From the sequence record NZ_CP090684.1: 64,000 nucleotides of DNA; one strand, 5' to 3'. This DNA is from a plasmid. Position 1 is the stretch's first letter. Each line of letters opens with the position of its first letter. Below, piece after piece: positions 19,955 through 29,341 of the stretch. Position numbers and translations under genes: made by a program. Under the pieces are notes generated by a model. The model was not told the origin of the DNA and searched no databases. It was given only the letters and a program-made list of their open reading frames with translations.

Positions 19955-20140
19955 ATGACGCCGCTCACTATCCAAGCTCTCGTCACTGTCGCCGCAACGC
20001 TCATCGTCCTGGTTATCGGGGTGATCGGGGTAAAGAAAGCCGATCCGCTCATGGTACTTGGTGCGGTGTTCCTCGCAATCCCAACGGTAGGTCTTGGCTA
20101 CGGGGTCTGCCTTCGAGCGCTCGCTGCCCTTATTGGATAG
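19955..20140 (+). CDS. small two-TM membrane protein (61 aa)
   Basis: Two hydrophobic helices (LTIQALVTVAATLIVLVIGVIGV and LMVLGAVFLAIPTVGLGYGV). Confidence 0.35.
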   Translation: MTPLTIQALVTVAATLIVLVIGVIGVKKADPLMVLGAVFLAIPTVGLGYGVCLRALAALIG

Positions 20141-20675
20141 GTCGCGATATGCACCGATTCGAGGGTCGACTCGCTTGCCGCCCAAGGGTACGCGAGGACC
20201 GACCCAGCAATTCAGCCTTTCGCGGTCGATGCGAGGGTGGCGTGGACCGCGGGGTTCGTTCGCCGACTGGGTCGCGAAAGCAGCGCCGATGGCGGTGGAG
20301 TTTCCGGCACCAAACGTAACGGCCGGGCGCAAATGTCGGTCGGACCGCTTCAGTATCGGGTACTGGCGCTCTGCCGAGTTGGGCATGGGCTTCTTTTTGG
20401 CGACTGACTTCAACGAGATCGACGATCGCCTCAACGTTGTAACGCCCATGCTCTTCCACAGCGCCGCCCCCATTTCAGTTCACATTGCGACACAAAGCTT
20501 CACGGTTCGGCGCCGCCCGGCGTACGGCAAGAGAGAGCGCGTTGCTGGCTCGATCCAAATTGTCAGAATCCGTAAAACGTTTGCGCGAGACTTCCGTAAC
20601 CTCTCGTTTTCCCCTAAATTAGCGATGCCTCAGGCCGTCGGCCTGGCCGGCAGAACCTGAGACGAAGGAAGAACA

Positions 20676-22826
20676 ATGAGTTTCGCTCCGAATGGCGGTC
20701 TTCCGACCGGCCTCGGTGGCAGCCCACTTGGGGCTTTGACGCCGATCAGCAGCGCCCTGGGCGGCCTCGGCGGCTCGCTCGCCTCCGGCGTCGGCGGCCA
20801 GCTGGGCCCGCTGGCGGGCTTGGCCGGGCACGTCGACACCCTGCAGCGCGCGACGCAGCTCGCGCAGACCGGCTTTTCTTTGATGGAGAAGACGCCGGGG
20901 GCGATCGCCGCGGCACTGAACAACGCGACCGGCACCGCGCGCCTGACGCAACTGAACCGCTACGCGACGATCGATACGCCGCTCGGCCCCGACGTGCTGC
21001 TCCTCAGCGCCGCGATCATCGATGAACACGTCAATCGCCTGCCGGAAATCCACCTCGACCTGCTGTCGCACCAGCACGATCTCACGCCGGATCAACTGAT
21101 CGGCCAGCAGGTCAAGCTCAAGCTCGACCACAACGCGCGACAGTCCACGCTCGAGCGCATTGTCGCGGCCGGCGCGACCGACAACGAACGCTACTTCGAC
21201 GGCTACGTGTCCGCGTTCGACCGCGTCAGCCACCCCGGCCGCGTGACCCAGTACCAGATGACGGTGGTGCCGTGGTTCTGGTTCCTGACGCGCTCGACCG
21301 ACTGCCGAATTTTCCAGCACAAGACTGCGCAGGACATCCTGAACGAGATCTTCCTGGAACACGGCTTTTACGACTTCGTGTTCGACATTCGCACCGAGCA
21401 AAAGCCGCTCGAGTACATCGTGATGTACCAGGAGTCCTATTTCAATTTCTGCACGCGCTTGATGGAGCAGGAAGGCTTGATCTGGACGCACCGCTACGAG
21501 AAGGACAAGCACTTCCTGGTCATCGGTGACACGAACTTGCTGTTTCGACCGATCGACGGGCTCGCGACCGTACCGTATGCAGCCAGCCAATCAAGTGAGT
21601 TCAACGGGATTGACCAGTTGTACGAGGGCCGTCGCTTCGGGGTCGGCAAGGTCACATACCAGGATTTCAATCACCAGAATCCGTCGTCGCCGCTGATGCG
21701 AGTCGAAGCGAGCCCGGAGAACTTGAAGCACGCGCGGCTCGACTCGACCGAGCGCTTCGAGCATCAGTCGCTGTACGACCACGGTGACGACGGCAATCGA
21801 TATGCTCGTCTGGCCATGCAAGCCGAGGAAGCGCAGGCGCACCGCTATGCGGGCGGTGGCTATGCGTGGCGGATGACAACCGCCGGGTGCGTGACGGTCA
21901 CCGGTCACCCAGTGCCGGCGAACAACCAGGAATACGTAATCCTGCACGTGCGCCACGAAGTCGTGAACGACTACACGCAGCACGAAACGAAACTCCCCTA
22001 TCGCAACAGCTTCGCGCTGCTGCCGAAGAAAATTTCGTACCGGGCGCCGCGTATCACCCCCAAGCCGGTGATCCACGGCACGCATTCGGCCAAGGTGGTT
22101 GGCCCGAAAGGCGAGGAGATTCACACCAACGGCAGCTGCGTGAAACTGCACTTCCCCTGGGATCGGCGCGGCAAACAGGACGGCTCGGACTCGATGTGGG
22201 TGCGGGTGTCGCAACCATGGGCGGGCGATGGCTGGGGCGCGGCAGCGATTCCGCGGATACACCAGGAAGTGCTGGTCGCCTTCAATCAGGGGGACCCGGA
22301 TAATCCGGTAGTCGTGGGCCGCGTATACAACGGCGAGCAAAGCAATCCGTACCACGGCGCCGGCGGTCAAACTATGGGGATCAAGAGTCAGACGCACAAG
22401 GGCGCGGGCTCGAACGAGTTGCGTTTCTCCGACGTGAACGGCCAGGAAGAGTTCTTCATGCACGCGCAGAGGGACATGAATACCGTGGTCGAGAACAGCG
22501 AGACGCACAAGGTGCTCGGGCCGCTGCGCACCGTCCTGATCGCAACCGGCAGCGAAGAAAAGCAGATTCCGCAGGGCAACCTGACCGAGACGATCGCCGA
22601 GAAGCGCAGCACCACAGCCACTACCGTCGAAGTGACGACGCCGGCGAAGGACGGTGGCGGCGGCACGCAGGTCTACATGGCCGAGCGCGGCATCTTGCTG
22701 AAGGTCCAGGACAGCTCGATCTCCCTTGCACCGGAGGGCATCCGCCTCGAGCACAAGGGCTCCGTGATCCTGATGACCGACGACGGCGTGATGGTCAACG
22801 GCAAGCGCATCGACCTCAACAAGTAA
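20676..22826 (+). CDS. vgrG: type VI secretion tip protein VgrG (no C-terminal effector domain)
   Basis: gp27/gp5-like VgrG core blocks (e.g. VVPWFWFLTRSTDCRIFQ). 716 aa. Unusual ~80-aa Gly-rich N-terminal extension. Confidence 0.9.
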   Translation: MSFAPNGGLPTGLGGSPLGALTPISSALGGLGGSLASGVGGQLGPLAGLAGHVDTLQRATQLAQTGFSLMEKTPGAIAAALNNATGTARLTQLNRYATIDTPLGPDVLLLSAAIIDEHVNRLPEIHLDLLSHQHDLTPDQLIGQQVKLKLDHNARQSTLERIVAAGATDNERYFDGYVSAFDRVSHPGRVTQYQMTVVPWFWFLTRSTDCRIFQHKTAQDILNEIFLEHGFYDFVFDIRTEQKPLEYIVMYQESYFNFCTRLMEQEGLIWTHRYEKDKHFLVIGDTNLLFRPIDGLATVPYAASQSSEFNGIDQLYEGRRFGVGKVTYQDFNHQNPSSPLMRVEASPENLKHARLDSTERFEHQSLYDHGDDGNRYARLAMQAEEAQAHRYAGGGYAWRMTTAGCVTVTGHPVPANNQEYVILHVRHEVVNDYTQHETKLPYRNSFALLPKKISYRAPRITPKPVIHGTHSAKVVGPKGEEIHTNGSCVKLHFPWDRRGKQDGSDSMWVRVSQPWAGDGWGAAAIPRIHQEVLVAFNQGDPDNPVVVGRVYNGEQSNPYHGAGGQTMGIKSQTHKGAGSNELRFSDVNGQEEFFMHAQRDMNTVVENSETHKVLGPLRTVLIATGSEEKQIPQGNLTETIAEKRSTTATTVEVTTPAKDGGGGTQVYMAERGILLKVQDSSISLAPEGIRLEHKGSVILMTDDGVMVNGKRIDLNK

Positions 22827-22852
22827 TCGAACACGCACGACTATAACCTGCC

Positions 22853-23326
22853 ATGCACTACGCTATCCACGAAGGGACCTTCGACTTGCCGGACGCGGCG
22901 CTCGACCGCACCGTCAACATGCTAATTCTTCCGATCGGGACGGGTGGCTTGAGCCTGGTCGTGTCGCGCGGCCGATTGCGCGACGCGGAGTCAATCGACG
23001 CCTTCGTCGATCGGGAATGGGGACTGGCGTCGCGCACTGCCAAGGACCTCACTCTGCAGACCCGACGGCCGGTGACAGTAGGACGGAACGAGTGCCCGGG
23101 CGTCCAGACAGAATCCACGCACGAACAGGACGGTCGCACGTTTCATCAACACCAGACGGCGTTTCAGCTCGACGCCGGTGGCCATGTGATCGTCATGACG
23201 TTGACCAGCGCGGCGCCGCTGACCGACGAACAGCGTGCGCTCGCGAACCGGATGCTCGAGAGTTTCGAGCCGCGCCCTCACGACCCCGCGGCGCCCTCGC
23301 TCGTTTCCGATAGCCACCGCCCATGA
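22853..23326 (+). CDS. DUF1795 (DcrB-like) Eag chaperone for a prePAAR effector
   Basis: N-terminus MHYAIHEGTFDLPDAALDRTVNMLIL matches the DUF1795 signature M..NEG.F.LP..W.D.T.N. Immediately precedes and overlaps the Rhs gene. Confidence 0.75.
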   Translation: MHYAIHEGTFDLPDAALDRTVNMLILPIGTGGLSLVVSRGRLRDAESIDAFVDREWGLASRTAKDLTLQTRRPVTVGRNECPGVQTESTHEQDGRTFHQHQTAFQLDAGGHVIVMTLTSAAPLTDEQRALANRMLESFEPRPHDPAAPSLVSDSHRP

Positions 23327-26300
23327 GTCAGCCCGCCGCGCGCAAGGACGACCCGTTCACCCACACTACCCTGATGGGTGACCTGATTGGCATGGGGGGC
23401 TCGCTGCTAGCCGGCATGGGCATCGGCTGGTTGCTGACTGAGGGCGCCCTGCTTGCTGCGGCCGCCGTGCTCGAAGTCGGCACGGCCGGCCTGGCTACGC
23501 CGCTGGTGCTCGCGATTGGCGTGGGCGTTGCCGCCACCATGCAGGCCTCGGGGCTGAACGACAAGATCGACGAGGCCGCGAAGGGGCTCGGCAATGCGAT
23601 TTCACCGCCGCAAGAAAAAGGCCACATCAAGAGCGGCTCCCCGGACGTGTTCATCAACGGCGAACACGCTGCGCGTGCGGCGGACGGCGCCGACATGGAT
23701 ACCGTCGAATGTCAGGACCATCCTGGCCCGCAGATGATCGCGCAGGGTTCGGAGAGCGTCTACATCAACGATCTGCCCGCCGCACGTGTTGACGACAAGA
23801 CCACCTGCGACGGCACGATCTCCAAAGGATCGCCCAACGTGTTCGTGGGTGGCGGCACGAAAACGGTACGCGACATCAGCGCGGCGCGGCCGTGGGTTGC
23901 CTGGCTCGGTATGGCAATCGGCATTGCGCTCGCGCTGTGCGGGCGCGGAAATATGAAGTGGGGCAACCTGAAGGGCAAACTGCCGTGCCTCGGGATCGGC
24001 CTGTTGGCCGGTCTCGGCGGCACCCTCCTCGGCAGTCTGATGAGAGGCCACCCGGTCAACGTCATCACCGGCGGCAAGATCCTGGACGGTGCTGACGACA
24101 CCGACTTCGAACTGCCGGGCCCGCTGCCGATCGTCTGGCGGCGCTTCTACAGCAGTCACGACGATCGTGCGGACAGCCTGTTCGGACCGGGATGGAGTGT
24201 GCCGATCAGCGTAGAGCTGCAGCTTGTGCGCGAACGCGGCGAAGTCGTGTCGATCACGTACTGGGACGAACAAGGTCGCGACATCGTGTACCCGGCCGTG
24301 TCGCCCGGTGAAAGCTACTACAGCGTGCCGGAGGGCATGTATCTGATCTGCACTGCAGGCGGCCACTACGTGGTCGAAACCGTCGACGGTCTCTATCGCG
24401 ACTTCGGGCGTGCGCGGACGATTGCGGACACCGAGACGCTAAAGCTGCGGCGCCTTGAGGATCGCAACGGCAACTGGATCGAAGTGACGCACGAAACGGC
24501 CGGCGACGTCATCCGACCGGCCCGGTTGCACGACAGTGCTGGGCGCCTGTTGACGCTAGCCTACGACAATGCACACCCGCAGCGGATCGCCGCTGTCGAG
24601 CTGACGCTCGGCGTCGACGGCGAACAATCTGAGACGCTGGTGCGCTACGCGTATACCGACGCCGGCGAGTTGGCCGCCGTAACCGACCGCAGCGGGCATA
24701 CCGGCCGGAAGTTCGTATACGAGCACGGCCTGATGGTCCAGCATACGCTGCGCGGCGGCTTGAAGTGCTTCTATGCCTGGCAGGGTACAGGCCGCGACGC
24801 GCGCGTGGTGCGCCACTGGACCGACGACGGCGAAGCCTACACGTTCGATGCGGATCTGACCCAGCGCGAAGTGACGATCACCGACCAACTCGGGCGCATC
24901 ACGCGGTGGACGTGGAACGAGGATCGGCAGCCGACTCATCACGTAGATGCGGAAGGCCACGTGTGGCTGCTCGAGTGGAACGCGATGCGCCAATTAATTA
25001 GCGCGACCGACCCAGCCGGCCATGTGACGCGCTTCGAATACGACGAACGTGGTCGCCAGACCGCGCGCATCGACGCGCTCGGCCAGACTGCGCGCACCGA
25101 GTGGAACGGTTTTTATGACCTGCCGGTAGCAGAAATCGACCCGACCAATGCACGCTGGATCTACCGTTACGACGCGCGCGGCAACCTGACGATGACGCGC
25201 GATCCAGCGGGCTTCGCCACCGAGTATCACCGCGACGAGCGCGGCCTCGTGCACACGATTCGCGACGCGCGCGGCGGCTACAAATTTCTCGCATGGAATG
25301 CGCGCGCGCAGCTGACCTCCTATACTGACTGTTCGGGCAAGACCACTCGTTTCGAGTACGACGCGCGCGGTGCACTCGCACGCGTGACCGATGCCGCCGG
25401 CCATGCCACCGTGTACGAAGCCGATGCGATGGGTCGCGTGACGGCAATAGCGACCGCCGACGGCGCACGCCAGACGTTTCATTACGACGACGCCGGCCGG
25501 CTAGTCGAAGTCGTCGCCCCTAACCAGCGACGTACACGCTACGAACTGAATCCGCGCGGCCTGCTGCTGTCGCGAACCGATGCAGCGGATCGTGTCGTGC
25601 GCTTCGGCTACGACAATGCGTTCCGGCTCGCAAGCCTGACCAACGAGAACCGCGAAACCTATCGCTTCCGCTACGATCGCCGCGACCTACTGATCGAGGA
25701 AGTCGGGCTCGACGGCAACGTGCGCGCGTACGAATACGATATGCGCGGGCTGGGCATCGCGCTGCGCGAGGGAAAGCGCCAGACCATATTTGAACGAGAT
25801 GCGATCGGTCAGCTCGTCGCCAAGCAAGCCGCACGCGAGCGCTGTGAATACCGTTACGACAAGGCGGGTCGGATCGCAGCGGGCGAACTGTACGCGCTCA
25901 CGGGTCGCAAACCGTCGCTGAAGAATCGCGTTACCCTAAAATACGGCTCGCGCGGCGAGGTGCTCGAGGAGTACACGCCGACCGGATGGCTGGCGCACAC
26001 CTACGACGAGCTCGGCAATCGCGTCAGCACCACCGTCTCGGGGCAACAGACCATCGATTGGTTGCATTACGGCTCCGGACACGTGCACCAGATCCGCGTC
26101 GACGGCGCCGCGATCGCCGACATCGAGCGCGACGATCTGCATCGGGAGGTGCTGCGCACGCAGGGCAAACTGACCAGCCAGTTCGGCTACGACGCCGTTG
26201 GTCGCCGCGCGCGAGCGGCGGCGCAGCGCGGCGCATCGGCGGAAGTACTGCTCGCAAAGCAGTGGCAATATGACGCGGCGGGCGACGTCGTCCAGAAGCG

Positions 26301-27588
26301 TGATCAGCGCTACGGTACGACGAGCTACAGGTACGACCCGACCGGCCGCATTGAGCAGGCGACGGGGCCAGGCCTACCGTCCGAGGTGTTCCGCTGGGAT
26401 GCCGCCGCGAATCTGGTATCGAGTGACCACCCGGGTGGATACGTCGAATACAACCGGCTCAGGATGTTCGACGACAAGCGCTTCGAGTATGACGCGTACG
26501 GGCGGCTCGCGCGCAAGCTCAGCGGCCACGGCCCCGCCAGAGAGCAGACGTTCGAATACGACGACTGGAATCAGCTGAAGACCGTCGTGACGAAGGACCG
26601 GCTCGGCGTGTCGACCACGCACTTCGAATACGACGCGTTCGGTCGCCGCATCCGCAAGCTCAACGGCAGCTACTCGAGCACGGATTTCCTGTGGGACGGC
26701 ATGCGGCTCGTGCAGGAGACGTATCACGACCGGTGCGGCGAAGAGGCGCTGACGTATCTGTACGAAGCAAATAGCTACGCCCCGCTCGCACGGATCGATC
26801 ACGCTGCGCCGGCGGCCAACGACGCGGAGGCTCGAGATGCTGTCTATTATTTCCATAACGACGTGTCTGGATTGCCGGAGGAACTGACCGACGCTGACGG
26901 CGAGCTGGTCTGGCAGGCCCGCTACAAGGTGTGGGGCAACGCAGTTCAGGAGGAGTGGATCGCGCGTGCGCCGCAGCAACCTGCGGCTGCATGGGGGGAA
27001 GTGCAAACGGCGGCGACACCGGGCCACGTGCCGCGGCCGCAGAACCTCCGCTTCCAGGGCCAGTATTTAGACCGCGAGACCGGGCTGCACTACAACACGT
27101 TCCGCTTCTACGATCCCGATATCGGACGGTTCATCAACCCCGACCCGATTGGTCTGAACGGCGGCCACAACTTATACCGCTACACACCTAATCCGATCAC
27201 CTGGATCGATCCATGGGGATGGGCAGGATGTACGCTGACCAAAGCCAAATCGAAGGACTATGATTACACTCTGCGGTTGAAGCGATCCGAATATCCCCAG
27301 ACGTTCGGGCATATCTCTGATGCTATCGGCAATGGACACGCGGATATCGTGACCGTTCAGAGAGGCAGCGCGAAGCTGAATCGGAAGCTCAGTCTGGCCG
27401 GCATAAAGACCAAGGCCGGCATGGACCGAGACGAGTGGCCGATGGCGATGTTCAAGGAAGGTGGTGATGGCGCAAGCGTGAGATATATTGACCCAAGCGA
27501 TAACCGCGGTGCCGGATCAAGCATCGGCAACGCGTTGTCTGATTTGCCAGACGGAACAAGAGTAAAGGTAGAAATTTTCGATGAGTGA
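23323..27588 (+). CDS. rhs: prePAAR-PAAR-Rhs T6SS effector with a NucA/NucB-like DNase C-terminal toxin
   Basis: prePAAR AARKDDPFTH (AARxxDxxxH). Two TM regions, a PAAR domain and many YD/RHS repeats. Core ends at PxxxxDPxGL-like DPDIGRFINPDPIGL...IDPWGW near nt 27210. The ~120-aa C-terminus contains DRDEWPMAMFKEGGDGASVRYIDPSDNRGAGS, matching the B. subtilis NucB motif as recalled. GC drops over the C-terminus. Confidence 0.9.
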   Translation: MSQPAARKDDPFTHTTLMGDLIGMGGSLLAGMGIGWLLTEGALLAAAAVLEVGTAGLATPLVLAIGVGVAATMQASGLNDKIDEAAKGLGNAISPPQEKGHIKSGSPDVFINGEHAARAADGADMDTVECQDHPGPQMIAQGSESVYINDLPAARVDDKTTCDGTISKGSPNVFVGGGTKTVRDISAARPWVAWLGMAIGIALALCGRGNMKWGNLKGKLPCLGIGLLAGLGGTLLGSLMRGHPVNVITGGKILDGADDTDFELPGPLPIVWRRFYSSHDDRADSLFGPGWSVPISVELQLVRERGEVVSITYWDEQGRDIVYPAVSPGESYYSVPEGMYLICTAGGHYVVETVDGLYRDFGRARTIADTETLKLRRLEDRNGNWIEVTHETAGDVIRPARLHDSAGRLLTLAYDNAHPQRIAAVELTLGVDGEQSETLVRYAYTDAGELAAVTDRSGHTGRKFVYEHGLMVQHTLRGGLKCFYAWQGTGRDARVVRHWTDDGEAYTFDADLTQREVTITDQLGRITRWTWNEDRQPTHHVDAEGHVWLLEWNAMRQLISATDPAGHVTRFEYDERGRQTARIDALGQTARTEWNGFYDLPVAEIDPTNARWIYRYDARGNLTMTRDPAGFATEYHRDERGLVHTIRDARGGYKFLAWNARAQLTSYTDCSGKTTRFEYDARGALARVTDAAGHATVYEADAMGRVTAIATADGARQTFHYDDAGRLVEVVAPNQRRTRYELNPRGLLLSRTDAADRVVRFGYDNAFRLASLTNENRETYRFRYDRRDLLIEEVGLDGNVRAYEYDMRGLGIALREGKRQTIFERDAIGQLVAKQAARERCEYRYDKAGRIAAGELYALTGRKPSLKNRVTLKYGSRGEVLEEYTPTGWLAHTYDELGNRVSTTVSGQQTIDWLHYGSGHVHQIRVDGAAIADIERDDLHREVLRTQGKLTSQFGYDAVGRRARAAAQRGASAEVLLAKQWQYDAAGDVVQKRDQRYGTTSYRYDPTGRIEQATGPGLPSEVFRWDAAANLVSSDHPGGYVEYNRLRMFDDKRFEYDAYGRLARKLSGHGPAREQTFEYDDWNQLKTVVTKDRLGVSTTHFEYDAFGRRIRKLNGSYSSTDFLWDGMRLVQETYHDRCGEEALTYLYEANSYAPLARIDHAAPAANDAEARDAVYYFHNDVSGLPEELTDADGELVWQARYKVWGNAVQEEWIARAPQQPAAAWGEVQTAATPGHVPRPQNLRFQGQYLDRETGLHYNTFRFYDPDIGRFINPDPIGLNGGHNLYRYTPNPITWIDPWGWAGCTLTKAKSKDYDYTLRLKRSEYPQTFGHISDAIGNGHADIVTVQRGSAKLNRKLSLAGIKTKAGMDRDEWPMAMFKEGGDGASVRYIDPSDNRGAGSSIGNALSDLPDGTRVKVEIFDE

Positions 27589-28069
27589 CAATCTCAGCCA
27601 AACGGTTGATCTCCTTATTTCCCATAGTCAGATTCTGGTGCGGTCTCGACCCTATGACGAAGGTTTGAGCCAATGGGGAACGGGAAACATTGATCAGGGC
27701 GCGGTCTTGCATGCCGACTACCTCATTTTTGACCCGCTTCCGGACGATGCCTTCGGCGCAAAGGTCTACCTGCAAGTGCTGGACAAGTTCGAGATGGACG
27801 AGCGGGCCGCTCGGTGCATCGTTGCTCCCTTTCATATTACGGATCGTAACGCGCTCGAAGTCGCTTCCGCGACCGAAAAATTCAAAATCTCGCTGCAACT
27901 ACCGCTTAATGCTTACGACGTGTATTACGAGGTTTGCGAAGGCGACGAAGTTTTCTACAAATTTACGTTTGTCTCAGAAGCCAAGCATCATCAAGCAAAA
28001 TATTTGCGAGATGATCCCTGGGGTGGGAAAAAAGACATGCCTCTTGTTTCTGGGAAGTTCGATAGATAG
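27581..28069 (+). CDS. cognate immunity protein for the Rhs C-terminal toxin (putative)
   Basis: 8-nt overlap with the rhs stop. Markedly lower GC. 162 aa with no signal peptide. Confidence 0.6.
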   Translation: MSDNLSQTVDLLISHSQILVRSRPYDEGLSQWGTGNIDQGAVLHADYLIFDPLPDDAFGAKVYLQVLDKFEMDERAARCIVAPFHITDRNALEVASATEKFKISLQLPLNAYDVYYEVCEGDEVFYKFTFVSEAKHHQAKYLRDDPWGGKKDMPLVSGKFDR

Positions 28070-28092
28070 TTCGCCTTATCGGTGTCTGCGAT

Positions 28093-29157
28093 ATGAGCAG
28101 AGCTGATCGTTCTGACGCAGCCAAATTGGACGCCAGCCTCCGCTTTCGGTTGGCTGAAGCATTGAGTAAAAGTGCGCTCGCCGACGATCCGCGTTATGAG
28201 CGCTTGCCTGCTTTCGTCCGCTTCCGCGCGACAGGCGCGGCCAAAGCGTGGGAAGCGTGGCGCCGGGTCGTCGAACAGGGGCCGAACAACGTATCGGAGA
28301 TGCTGCGCACACGCTCGATCGTTGCACTGGTCAACCAGTTTGACGAGCTTGCAAAACGGCTGCTTCCATACGGCACCCCGGAAATGATGCCGGACGAGGC
28401 CGGAACAGTTGCAGCGCATAGTGCGATCTGGCAGGCGTTCGACCTCCGGAACGGGTTGATTTTCGAACCCACTCCGCCCCTGCATCGCCTGCTCGACGAC
28501 TCGTACATTTCTGACGATGTGCCGATCGGCGCCGTCGAGTTTCCCGCCGACACACTGTGCATCATTCCGGAGCCCTCGTCTTGGGGTCAAGGGGAGCGTA
28601 GTGACGCCACAGTCTTTTTCAGGAACGGGCAGACCTTGGGCTGTGCCACCTGGATCATGCGCCTTCACGACGGCCAGCGAGACGCGACGATTGACGTTGT
28701 CGAGCTGCCGTTGGACAAGCCGGATCGGACCATCGGCGCGTTGCTCGACGAGGTTTGCGGATCGTCGAAAACCTATCAAACGCTCCGCGCGTATCTGCGC
28801 GAATCAATCGACTACGCGGTCAAGATGCTCCTGTATCTCAAAGCCCGCGACGCAAACGTGGTCCATGAGCGCCCCTACTCCGATGCACCGCGATCGTTCC
28901 CTGGGCTAGGTCAGCGAAAGCGGAACGAGCGCCTAGCCGAAATCGACATGCTCTACGATCGGCACCTTATCGGGCCTGCGATTCTTGATGTCGACTCAGC
29001 AGGCAGTGTGCCGACGGAAGCTTCGGTCCACGAAGTACGCGGTCACTGGCGCCGCCCGCATTTCCGGATGCAACCGCACGGTCCGCAGGCATCGCTGCGC
29101 AAGCTGGTCTTCATTGGCCCGACGATCGTGCGGCCCGATCGCCTTGGTCTTTTGTGA
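28093..29157 (+). CDS. hypothetical protein (354 aa) downstream of the effector/immunity pair
   Basis: Long ORF with protein-like composition. No recognised domain. Confidence 0.45.
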   Translation: MSRADRSDAAKLDASLRFRLAEALSKSALADDPRYERLPAFVRFRATGAAKAWEAWRRVVEQGPNNVSEMLRTRSIVALVNQFDELAKRLLPYGTPEMMPDEAGTVAAHSAIWQAFDLRNGLIFEPTPPLHRLLDDSYISDDVPIGAVEFPADTLCIIPEPSSWGQGERSDATVFFRNGQTLGCATWIMRLHDGQRDATIDVVELPLDKPDRTIGALLDEVCGSSKTYQTLRAYLRESIDYAVKMLLYLKARDANVVHERPYSDAPRSFPGLGQRKRNERLAEIDMLYDRHLIGPAILDVDSAGSVPTEASVHEVRGHWRRPHFRMQPHGPQASLRKLVFIGPTIVRPDRLGLL

Positions 29158-29341
29158 TTGCTGCTGAGGTAGTGTCACGAGCGAGCACGATGGAAAGCAG
29201 AAAGTGTCCGCTGCGACGCACCTGTCGACCGGCTTGACTAGAGAGATGTAGTTGCCGCTGCGGACTAAAAAGTTGCGGACGCTGTCGCTCGAACCCGGAG
29301 ATGAGCATCACCGCTAATGGCCGGTTGCACCGGCCGCCAGA

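Noticed and set aside
20676-29157. Presence of a complete type VI secretion system
   Set aside because: Only vgrG, eag, rhs and immunity are present. No tssA-M, hcp or clpV in the 64 kb, so this is an orphan effector module that depends on a T6SS encoded elsewhere.
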